A stretch of 64,000 nucleotides of DNA, from contig BFEA01000006.1 of assembly GCA_003427395.1 (NCBI GenBank), forward strand, positions 8,111,551 to 8,175,550, in the 5' to 3' direction. The position numbers and the translations under genes are program-made. How positions within the stretch are numbered: the first letter of the stretch is position 1; each line of letters opens with the position of its first letter. Shown one piece after another: positions 12,105-22,887 of the stretch. The notes beneath the pieces were generated by a model. That model searched no databases, was not told where the DNA came from, and saw nothing but the letters and a program-made list of their open reading frames with translations. This DNA comes from Chara braunii. Lineage: Eukaryota > Plantae > Charophyceae.

Positions 12105-14801
12105 TGTGATGCGCAACCTCACGCCCAGTGTTGTCTTCCGTTCGGAGTGTTAGGCATGCGAAAGGAGGTCCAGAAAAACAGCAAGATGGGGTGTGCCAAG
12201 GATTTTTGGGAAATTGAGTGTGGGGACTCAGACGGAACTGAAATCCCCCGTGTTGGTCCGATGGAGCAAGTCGATCGTTTTCGCCCGTCGCGGAATGCAC
12301 GCGCGGGCAAGGCGCGAAGAGGGAAAAATCCAAATTCAATCTAAAAAGTATTGCCAGGCTTCCCACTGTGCTACGGCCCGTCGTTTAGAACGGAAGGGCT
12401 CGGGCACACTCCGTGTGTCTCGTTTTCGTATCAAATCCCGTCGTCGTTCGCTGGTCAGTTCTGAGTCTGACGTGGAGGGTCTCAGCCGCGTGGCTCGTTC
12501 TTTATGCTCGTCTTAACTCCGCACACGGTAGTGGAAACCCCTGGATTCGTAGCGCTCAAAGCGCTGACACTCGGTACATAGAGTGCGCGGCCAGTGGGGT
12601 TCTACTGCCGTCCACGGGATGACGATCAACTCGTTGAATGGCAACAATATCGAATAAGGTGGGAAGTTCGTATCGATAATGATAAACTCGGCTTCTACGA
12701 ATCCTGCACAACGGTCGGCCAGAGGGAAGTAGTATTGTTCGTCGATTTGTGCGACGGCTTCTCGTACGTCCCACTCACATACACGTGTCCTTTCCTTGCT
12801 GTAGGGAAAAGGTCGCGTTGGGATGGGAGATACGGGAGGCTGGTGCCCAATCGAAGGGTACGTGTCAGTCCACATGTCAATCAATCGCAAATATCCCGAG
12901 ACGTCATTAAGGACTGAAGCATTCGCGCGACCCCCAATCAATCATTTTGACACAAGAGAGGGAGCAAACACGCATGAGCTTGATCATGCATATGGTTAAG
13001 GGACCGATCAGCTCAACACAACGTTGGTCCCTGGCGCCTTGTTTCACAAGGCGGCCCGGTGGTTCGGTCGCTGATGTCGTGCAACATAAGGCAAATGGCA
13101 TGCGCAATGCTCTCGAGACAACAAATCTAAACACTCTTGCATTCTCGAGCAAAATCCCGACGACAATCGTCTAATCAACACGAAAAGAGTCACACGTTTC
13201 CAAACATGCATTCACTGTGGAAGGTGCGAAAATGAGACATGCACAGGAAAAGATAGGTCGCATTGCACATTACACACGCATCCACCGTTCACAAGACAAG
13301 AAGACGGGGTCCTTGTATAGGAGGATTGCCCAGGAAACTAATGGAAGAGTTCCGGAAGAAGTTCTTTCACACAGACACAGGATGCCGACTCATTCTCATT
13401 CAAGGGAGGGACAATCATTCAGACGTATCGTCATTCAAAAAGAGAAAGAGAGAGAGAGAGAGAAAGAGAGTCGAGGAATGTTAGAATAGAAGATGACAAG
13501 GTCCAGAAAGAGAAAAGTTTGGCATCACCGCCGTACACTCACGCCAAGGATAACAATCCGCAACACGGGCGCATTCGCCTTTAATTCCAATATGGCCCCG
13601 GGCCAATCACTCACTCAACTCCAATCATCGATCCTCATACCCGCACCGACGATCCTGGCTGTCGCGTGCTAACTCCCACCACTGCGATCGTCACCCCGCT
13701 GTCGTAAACTTGACACGGTTTGCCCGGATCCCACAGTTCGTCGTGGCGATCAAGCGCGCAACCGGCCAGCCTATCGTCAACCGGACAGGACTTTCCGACT
13801 CGCATCAACCGACTTTGCCTAGCCACTGCTTCCCCGAAGATGGCTTAGGAGTCGAGAACGTAAGAGAGATTTGTAGGCGCGCTTGCGGGTTTTATAGTTG
13901 CGAGAAAGGAGATAGAAGGGGGAGAGAACGATGGGAAGGCGGGGGTGTAGGAGGCGAAGGAGGAGAAGATTCTGAGAAGAGTGCTCTACGAGCGTCATTG
14001 TGATTCCTCGGAACTCAGGGTTCAACCAATCAGATTCGTCGCGTGATAGGAAGGTTCGATCGATCCACGCACCTGATTGGCGAGTGGGAGTTATTGGGGG
14101 ATCGACCGGGCGTCGTACGTCAGACTTAGAGGGTGAGAAGAGAAAAGGCACGAGAGGTGGCGCAAGATGGGTCCAAGATTCAGATGATCAAGAAAGGGAA
14201 ATGGGCGCGCGAAAGCAAGGCGGGAGAGAGAGAGAGGGAGAAGGAAAAACAATTACGGGGAGAGAGAAAAAGGAGGGAGAAGGGAAGGAAGGTGCGGGAG
14301 GGGGCGATGCGGGGAACAGAGAGGAGGAAGCTTTTGCATGCACGGCGCTATCGACAAAAAAAAAAAAAGGCACCGAAAAAGTTACAGCTTGCTTCTTTCC
14401 TAATTCAAAATTGAAATCACCATATCCGCGCGCGAAAAAGCAACGCGGGAAAATAAAATCCTACGCTTATTCGTATTCACGCAAAATTCCGAGAGTTTTC
14501 CCCGACGCGCCCAAGAACATTCACACACCCAAAGAAGACACGTCGAAGTTCCGCTTATCCCGGAATCCCCAACTACCGAGCCCAATTCCCAGCGCGCTCG
14601 CTAAGGCGCGCGCAAATTCTCATGTATTTCCCGACTTTACAAAAAGAAAACCAGAACTCGGCAGTCGAAAAAGCTCTCAGAAAAAGGAAAATGCGGCATC
14701 CGAAAACAAGAAATCGAAACGAGGTCTTTCTGGGGTTGGTATGATACAGGCAAAAGAAAGGGTACGAAAGATGTCATGGGTTCGAAAAGTGGTTCGTCCC
14801 A
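12105..14801 (-). repeat. 3' LTR
   Basis: Co-linear with 24098-26787 and 35358-38230. Confidence 0.95.
12350..12941 (-). pseudogene. LTR-encoded ORF, copy in the 3' LTR with a premature TAA at 12513
   Basis: Homologous to 24318-24920 and 35591-36139. GAA>TAA relative to the other copies. Confidence 0.65.
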
Positions 14802-15267
14802 TATGTGACGCGCAGGGGGTTCCAAAATTATGTGATCTCCTGATTGGATGTTATGGCGGACGAGGAGAGAGGAAGGGGCAGAACAGAGTGATGCATGAGG
14901 AACCAATCATATCAACAAAGTTTGAGAAAGAAGCACAAGGAGCGATAACCGAGCCGCGGATGAGATGGCGACAACATCCATGGCAAGATCTCCGCAGCCC
15001 TGTCATATGCAACCCTCTGCCTTGTGGAGATCATCCAGGTGGCGCCATCATGGTCCACCTGATATCAGTGTGCTCTGCACCCCAGCTCGTTGCTGTCCGT
15101 CGAATCAGAGTGTAGGTTGACGTCATCATCGATGGCGTGATCTTCGCGAAGCTTACTGATTCGTGCTGATGAAGAGAGGAGAGAGGGGGGTGGGGCACGC
15201 GGGTGGGATCTACCGCCTAGTTGGAATAGGCCAAAGATAGAGAGAGGAGCGAGAAGATTGGCGTGGT

Positions 15268-15750
15268 TCATTGAGGAAGGGGGAAGGGGACGAGGGTTGG
15301 GATCACAACTGGAGCCTTGCGTGGTGATCGGTGAATACCGTCAAGATCCGATGCAAAGATCAGGATGATGTTATACCCTTCCCGGACGAGGACGTGCTGC
15401 CATACGTTGGACAGTTGCTCCGTCCACTCGCGCAGCGAGGCCAAGATCGCGGTATGCCTCAGCGGGTTGACCGAGCTGATGTCGTCGGTGAATCATGCCC
15501 CAGTGGTGACGTGGCTCGTTCTGGGACCCGCTCGCCGATGAACTGCAGTAACCTCCGCGAACACTATCACGTGAGGGTTTCCTTCTATCTGAAACGCGGC
15601 GGCGGCACAGATACCTTCGTCGCAGAAGAATCGCATCAAACGACGAAGATCCGTATTGAGCCGAGGGTGACAAACTTGCCGAATCTCTGAGATGTGGCCA
15701 CGTGGTTGCCGCAGCTGTTCCTCAAGAACCCGCTCCGTGATAAAACTCAT
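15268..15750 (-). pseudogene. ~160-aa unknown ORF immediately after the integrase (one internal TGA at 15493)
   Basis: Manual translation MSFITERVLEEQLRQ...TTGA*FTDDISSVNPLRHTAILASLREW...VPFPLPQ*. ATGA overlaps at both ends. Confidence 0.55.
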
Positions 15751-17071
15751 GGCGAGGTTGGAGAGGAGGACGAGGGACAAGAGGGAGAAAGAGGAGAGAG
15801 GGTTAGATCATCGTCGTTTTCCTCGCTTTCCGAAGAAGAAGAGGGAGGAGGATCGGAAGGAGGAAGGAGACGGAGGTAGGAGGTATGTCGGACGATGGGG
15901 ACGGAGCTATGGCTGGTCCTAGCCTCAGGCGCGATGCGCACCGTCTTAGCGCCGTTGGGTCCGAGTTCGACAACGGGAAAACAGCCAGAGAACTTGGGAG
16001 CGAGTTTCCGGTCGCGTGCACATTTACGTACCTGCACTAGGTCCCCCAATTTAAACTGGTACAAGGGCCCAGCATTTCCGTTCCGGGCCTCGTAGCTACG
16101 GACCTGTCTACCGCGGGCCAGCTCGGTCATCCTTTGTCTTTTGCGGGGTAGCTTCAGAACGGCCTGTTCCATCAAATCGGTGTACCTTTTGGCTTTGGCC
16201 TTGAGGGCCGCACGCGTGTCTCTACCCTCTGCTTTGGCAATTTCCAAGTTACCCCGGTAATCGACACAGGGGAGGCTATTAATTCGAAGCTGAAATGGGG
16301 TGAACCCCATAGACTCGTGAGGGGTGGCCCGGTGGATGCCGACGATCTGATATACGATCTCGGGTCAAGGACGCGTGTCGTGTGCCGCTAAGTTCCTGCG
16401 AAGGGCGATTTTAATCATACGGTTGGCATTCTCGGCCAACCCGTTCGATTGGGACACGTGGGGTGCCGTATGTCGGAGCGTGATGCCCCTTCGCGCAAGT
16501 AGTTTTTCTACCTCACCTTAAAATTGAGATCCATTGTCGGTTAGAATTTCTTCTGTATTTAAATGGGTATAGAGGAACCGTTCGATGTACGTGGCTCTTT
16601 CTGCGGCCTTTCGGGTCTTACAGGGATAGACTTCGATATACTTGGAAAAGTGGTCAATTAATACTAATAGAATAGAATATTCACAGCGGTTTGGGCCAGG
16701 TGGCACGTCAATATCTGTCGTGTCCATACTGACTCGCTGGAAAGGACGCTCTACTTCCGTTGGTACGATCGTGTTTGGTCCCCGTATAGCGGCGCGATCA
16801 GCGGCACAGACCAGACAGTTAGCGACAATGTATTTCACATCATCTCGTATTGGACCAAAACCATCGGTTCTGGTCTACAGTTGCCTCCGTGACACGTATC
16901 GCGAAATGAACGGCTTGTTCTTCTTGAGCAGATCTTATCCAATCGTATCTCTGGAAGGGATGGGGAACTGTCAGCCATGAACCCGATCAGTCGGTTTTGC
17001 GCTTTTCCAAATGACCATTGATCCATCGATAGTTCCGAGATCTCTCGGTCGCCCTACGTGTGTCGTGTTTG
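15747..17071 (-). pseudogene. Retroviral-type (rve, DDE) integrase, disrupted
   Basis: YRWINGHLEKRK..WLTVPHPFQRYDWIRSAQEEQAVHFAIRVTEATV..RWFWSN / DDVKYIVANCLVC (zinc-binding region); PFQRVSMD, LIDHFSKY, ILTDNGSQF, SNGLAENANR, GFTPFQL, FKLGDLV, KLAPKFSGCF. Stops at 16987, 16518 and ~16365, and a frameshift at ~16843. Confidence 0.9.
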
Positions 17072-17377
17072 CTGAGGTGGCCCAATAACAGCGATTTTGT
17101 CAAAACGGACATTTTATATTTTTCGAACGAAATTGGAATTGTGATTTTCATGCTGATTTTTTGCGTTTTGAGCACACCATTTTGAGTAGGTTCCCCGCAT
17201 TGTTTATAGTTTGTGCTCATGTTTGCCACAAGTTTTACATTGCTTTCTCACACATTTTGGGTGGTGTTACAGTTTCATTCGCATTATGTGAAGCTATAGG
17301 CGTCTTCATTATGGGTTTCTATTGTACTTTTCTACCATATCGATTAACATTTACTATGTTTCGCAATATAATATCAT

Positions 17378-17673
17378 TTATTTTTTGTTTTTTACTGACA
17401 AATGCATTAAGACAACAGGCACATATTGAATATCATACTCAAAAACACATATGGCAGGTTCAGTCAATGACAAAAAAACTTCATGGACATCTATAAATGT
17501 TTGAGACTTTTCGTGCAACCCAAGAATTACGAATAACGTTATGTGAATCTTTTCGAAGTTCATGTAAAAAAAATTGACTTCTTTAGATAAATACAAAGCA
17601 ACATTGATGCGGATTTTGGCTCATGCGACATATGATACATGTGCGCGGAAATATATGTACATAGAGAGACTCC

Positions 17674-17717
<44 letters not shown>

Positions 17718-17767
17718 NNNNNNNNNNNNNNNNNNNNNNNNNNNNNNNNNNNNNNNNNNNNNNNNNN

Positions 17768-17825
<58 letters not shown>

Positions 17826-18201
17826 ACTAAGACAATGTCTATGAAAGTTGGTGCCGTAGAGTTCATACACTCCTCCACACTACTGCTGATGTGCAGTCGT
17901 ACATGATCGTACAAAAGGTGGAAATCCAATTCGACATAATTTTGAAAAAAAAAACCCCTAAAATCCGGCACATGACGATAAAAAATGATATGAGCACTCG
18001 TACGAGCGCATGATCTACTCTATTGCCATCTCCGTCAACAGTGCTAAGCTACAACTTTTGTACAACAAAATGTCCGGAAGTGCTACAGCGGCGCAAGTCA
18101 ACAAGGTCGTTGCTCAGACCGTTGGCTCGACGGAGTACACTCTTCGCAATGTTGAAGTTGGTGGTTAACTTGATTTTTTTGAATTTGCGGTTGACCCCCA
18201 T
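17378..18201 (-). pseudogene. Decayed unknown ORF(s) inside the RH-IN interval
   Basis: ATG at 18201 lies 3 nt after the 18205 stop (TAA-aca-ATGG; MGVNRKFKKIKL...). Continues as broken frames 17621-17971 and 17378-17596, interrupted by a microsatellite and gap. Confidence 0.35.
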
Positions 18202-18204
18202 TGT

Positions 18205-18753
18205 TTATTCGTTCTCTACGATGACTGTTGAGATAGAAGCAGTGATGGCAGTCCTCCGAGCAACAAATTCTAACATTGCATCCCGAGCGTGAATACAATA
18301 TTGTTTAACGTGCTGCTTGTACGCTCGCACCATCGAGTCTCCTGCATCACTCCTCGGGATCTTTTGTCTCCATGTCTTCGTTGCACATATTGTAAGCCCT
18401 TCATGGTATTGAACAGCAACACATGCAATGGTGGCGCTGCATTTCTCTGTCACCAGGGCAGCCACAAGGCCGTAATCGTAGAATACCTCCTTGCATCTTG
18501 CGTTCCCGTCCTTCTTGTAATTATTATTATTATGACGGTCGCACACCCCCACGAGGTTGTAAATCTTTCTTCTTGCGCTTAGAGGATACAAGTGCAGTGA
18601 GTCCAGTGACGGTTCGTAATATGCAAAATCCCAGGTGACAAATCCGATGGCGTTACGTTGTCTCCTCAGCCGGTCTGATATCAGTTCCCCCCATTTGATT
18701 GGCGTTCCCCACCAATCTTGTCTTAACTGCCTCTGCATCCATTCCGAATCCAT
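18205..18753 (-). CDS. Unknown protein B (domain X paralog)
   Basis: MDSEWMQRQLRQDWWG...KEVFYDYGLV...IACVAV..EGLTICATKTWRQKIP...RDAMLEFV...ENE. Preceded by a polypyrimidine tract and TGCAG. Confidence 0.65.
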   Translation of the reverse strand: MDSEWMQRQLRQDWWGTPIKWGELISDRLRRQRNAIGFVTWDFAYYEPSLDSLHLYPLSARRKIYNLVGVCDRHNNNNYKKDGNARCKEVFYDYGLVAALVTEKCSATIACVAVQYHEGLTICATKTWRQKIPRSDAGDSMVRAYKQHVKQYCIHARDAMLEFVARRTAITASISTVIVENE

Positions 18754-18833
18754 ACTGCACAGACCAATACGAAAAAGATAAAGAGAGAAAAAAAAAAAGA
18801 AACACATACATCAAAAGCACAGATGAACGTCGG

Positions 18834-19599
18834 TTAATGCGGATAAGCACGCAAGACGGATTGAAGGTTGTTCCGTTTGCCACTTTCGCGCCGATGAATA
18901 TGATCGACGATATAAAACTTTGTAACGGTGTTAGTTTTTTTCAGTTTTTTCATTTTACCCTCTTCGTTGTGGCATGTTATCATGGTCATCGCCACGTGAA
19001 TGGCGACCCTCGACCTTTCGTTGATGACACGCAACATTGCATCTTTGATTTCGTTGAATAGACGTCTGACAAGCTTCAGCGTCGCCCTCCTGTAGTTGTT
19101 GTTTTTGAACGTCGACGGCACCTTCATTCGTTCAATCCGTGTTGCGCACCGTGTCAGACCACCGTCAGAGCAGAACGCCACGCACGTTACCGATCCATGA
19201 TGCTCACCCCCCGTACCCCACATGTGAACAAACCCCAATCCGTAGAACACTTCGGTCCATTTGCCGGAGTCGTGGCTTCCGAAGTTCGCCAATAAAATTT
19301 TATCTGTCCAGACTTCCGCCCGTCGTTATTTTTCGTCATATTGAGGACCATCTGTACGGGCGGCCTCGAATCGAACCTCCGTGGGGAGTTTGTTCGTTCT
19401 ACACAGGGGGCACCTCCATTCCTTGCTACTCGTCCGATATTGAACACAGGCCCCGTACGCACGATTGACACACGTGGCACATTCTACCCAATCGACAAAC
19501 CCGGTCTCGAAAGGAGGACAGTCGACCCCATAAACCCATGCAATACACGTGCAAAAATAATAGAACTTATCGGGGAGGGTGGCGAAGAAAGCTGAGGAA
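18834..19599 (-). pseudogene. Unknown protein A: PHD finger plus domain X (no ATG; one internal TAA at 19326)
   Basis: Manual translation YFCTC...DWVECATCVNRAYGACVQYRTSSKEWRCPLCR (19553-19401), in the same frame as ORF 18834-19292. Confidence 0.7.
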
Positions 19600-19714
19600 C
19601 TAAGATGGGTCGAATTAGCAGGAGAAGAAGGGTTACGGAAGCAAGCGGGGCAGCCATGACGACAAAGGGGGAGAGATGGGGCTGAATAATGGAGAGAATT
19701 AGTCGGCGTGTCAC

Positions 19715-22700
19715 TTACTGCTTCGACAGGATCTCAACTTGGCCGTACCGAGGTCCGATCTCCTGTTCGGGTTCGTTCCACGGAATCACCTCCTCACTCT
19801 TCAGAACTTTCTCAGCCCGGTGCAATCGTGTCAGTCCGTCTGTGTTCCCGTGTCTCTCGTGCTTCCGATGACGGATATCAAAGTCCATGCTCTGCAGCAC
19901 CGTTGCCCATCGCCCGATCATGCCCGAGTAATCCTTTGACTTCTTCAGAGCCAACATGGCTCATGATCAGTCACCAGGGTGAATTTTCATCCGTACAGGT
20001 AAGCACGAAAGTGACTGATTCCTCAAAGGGCCGCGTAACATTCTCCCGTTGGAGCGGCGTAGTTGCGCTTGCAGGCGGGCACTGATTTGGATGCATACTC
20101 CACCACATTCTCGAGTCCGCTTGGTCCCACCGGGGCAAGGATCGCCGAAATCGCCTCTGGCTGCCAGTCAATGATGAGAACAAAAGGTTTTTCGGGATCC
20201 GGTCTTATAAGGACCGGAGCCGAAATGAGAGCAGCCTTGAGTTTGGAAAACGCTTGATCGCACTCCGGCGTCCAGATCAACGACTGATCCTTGCGCAGGA
20301 GATTTGTGAGGGGTCCCGCAGTCGCCGCGAAGCCCTTGATAAATCTTCGGTAATACGAGGCTAGGCCCAGAAAGGCGCGAACTTGCGTGATGGTGGTAGG
20401 CACCGGCGCGTCCCTGACAGCTGCCACCTTCTGCGGCTCCGGTTGGAGTCCCTTGTCTATCACCACGTGCCCCAGGAAAGAAATGATGGTGAGGAAAAAC
20501 TGGCACTTCTCAAGCGCCACCTTGAAACCTGCATCTCGTAACGCATGTAGTGCCCATTTGATGCGCTGCACGTGTCCCTCGTAGGAACTCGAATACACTA
20601 TGATGTCATCCATGTACACGATCACGCAGTAGTTGATGATGTTTTGCGTCAAACGAGTCTTCTGCACGAAATTCTGAAAAGCCATGTTCATGGCCCGCTG
20701 GAAGGTCGTTGGGGCGTTGCAGATACCCATCGGACATCGAATCCATTGCCACGTGCCTTCGAAAAGCACAAACGCTGTTTTCGGTCGATCTTCCTCTCGG
20801 ACAAGAAGATGATGGAACTCATGACGAACATCAAACTTGCTGAAAAATCGAGCACTTTCAATCGCATCCAATAACTCATCAATCCGGGGGAGGGGATACA
20901 CATCTTTAATCGTGATATCATTCTGTTTTCGATAACCAATGCAAATGTGAATCCCTCCAGCCTTCTTGGGTACTATCACTACAGACCATGGTCCTATAGC
21001 GGGTTCAATCCATCCATTAGCTTCGAACTCTTTAATCCGCTGAAAAGTGGTCGCTCGTTGAGCTGGCGAGTATCGGTAGGGAGCGCAGCTAATGGGCGGA
21101 TGATCTTCTGTGGGAATGGCATGTTCAATTACATTAGTTAACCCAATATCATTGTCATGCACGCTCAACACTTCTGCGTAACCATTCAATACATAGATTA
21201 ACGATTTTCGCAGTTCCGCGGGAACGTGACTTGGGAGGGGGATCGTCGATTCCCCGGATATATTAAGGGGTATATCGATCCAATCAACCGGTCGTTCCCA
21301 CCGCTCATGGACACTAGAGAAAACGGAACTACTGGTGCGAACAGAAAAGACAGTTGCTATCATCTGGGACTCAGCGTGGCTGATCATCTCCGTTTCTTTA
21401 GTTTCAGCGTCAGTCTCTAAACCAACCGAAGTCGGTTCCACCGTTAGCCCTGTTAGATCCGTCATTTCTTGCATTAGATTCGACACGTAACTTACGGGTG
21501 CTTCCGCTTCTTGTTTAATTAAGGCGATGGAGACTCCCGTCCTTAGTAATGATCGGGGTGGAAAAACAGAAACGTCCAAATACTGTTTCGTTTGCTGATA
21601 ACGCGTTCGTAAGGAAAGAGCTCCCTCGTACAGGGTGCGAGGGGGTTCCAAATCATCAGCCAGATCAGAAACTTGTAATATGGGTTCCCCGAGGAGGACT
21701 GAAGGACTAACCTGGGTTGCTAGAGGCGTGAATGCACTGTCTTCAGAATCCACGTGGAAGCTTCGAGCGGTGTCGGGACACACTCGAAATTCTTCGGGGG
21801 TTTCATGTTCGAAAAGTTCAACCAGATGCTTCCATTCCTCTTTACTGGGCATCTCTTCTTCATATTCTTGCTCCCTGATTCCATCCCCGAGGCGCGAGAG
21901 GGAGCATTCCTTGAGATTAATGCCTCGGATCATCCCTATTAGGGCTGAGTTAGAGACCCGTTTTATCGTTCGGGTGGAGACTCGCAAAGGAACAGTTTGA
22001 GGTTTTCCCCCATTTTGTGTGAGCACCAGCTGCTTCGAATCGAAATGCAGACGTGCACCCACTGCCATTGCCCAAGGTAATCCCAACAACACAGAGTAGG
22101 AGCGTACATCTATTACAAGTGCATTAACAAGGATGTGTACTCGCCCGACCTTTACCGCCACGTTCTCGATAATGCCTACAATGTTCATTGCTTCCTCGTC
22201 GGCAGAGACATAGTTGTCTTTGCCAGATTGAGGAAGAATGGATTTGAGTCGTCCCGTCTTTTTTATAGTCTCCAATGATATGGCCACTGCAGAAGACCCT
22301 GTGTCGATTAGGGCATTAAACGGCTTACCCCAAACTTCACAGTCACATTCCGCACTTTTCCATAGTATTGGTCGAGCTCGTACGAAGTGATCCTTTTCCG
22401 CTAAAGAGATGGCGGCTATGCGTGCGGCTTCAGGTTCTTTAGTGTCCGGCTCAGGGGATACCACTTTCTCACCTTCTTCCTTCTTCTTCAACATCCGTTG
22501 TATGCGTTGATTGGTGAAACGCTTTTGATTTTTCTGGCAGTGTTGTAAAAGTTTATTGTTCGCCGCTTCAGATATGGTGAGCAGATGCCCTACGGGGATA
22601 GGAACGCGGATGTCTAATTGCTTGAGCGTTTTCAGTACATCAATATGCCCTGTCCGAAATTGTGGTCCAGGATTGGATTCGCGATCGACCGACTCGAGAT

Positions 22701-22875
22701 CATCCGGAACCGATCGGATCGCTGCGATCATGCCTGCGAGATGGAGATACTCGAGAGGATTGACCACGTCAGCAACGTCGGGGGAAGAAGCTCCTGATGT
22801 CGACGCCGTTGCTATCGAAGGGGAAGACTGTTCTGGAGTATACGCTACGAGCTCTCTTCCCTGGTCCGTATCCAT
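19715..22875 (-). pseudogene. pol: Pol: aspartic protease, reverse transcriptase, RNase H (no integrase; disrupted in RH)
   Basis: ALIDTGSS, YPLPRIDELLD, MGICNAPTTFQ, YMDD, RAFLGLASYYRRFI, IDWQPEAISA, GECYAAL, TDHEP, GRWATVLQ, HGNTDGLTR. Ends GQVEILSKQ* at 19715. Confidence 0.93.
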
Positions 22876-22887
22876 CAGAGCGGCTAC

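Noticed and set aside
14000-15115. 371-aa plus-strand ORF
   Set aside because: Low-complexity purine-rich LTR sequence, broken in the other LTR copies, and it runs across the LTR boundary.
17072-19600. env gene in the extra-ORF region
   Set aside because: No clear signal peptide plus TM anchor or fusion-protein motif in the ORFs.
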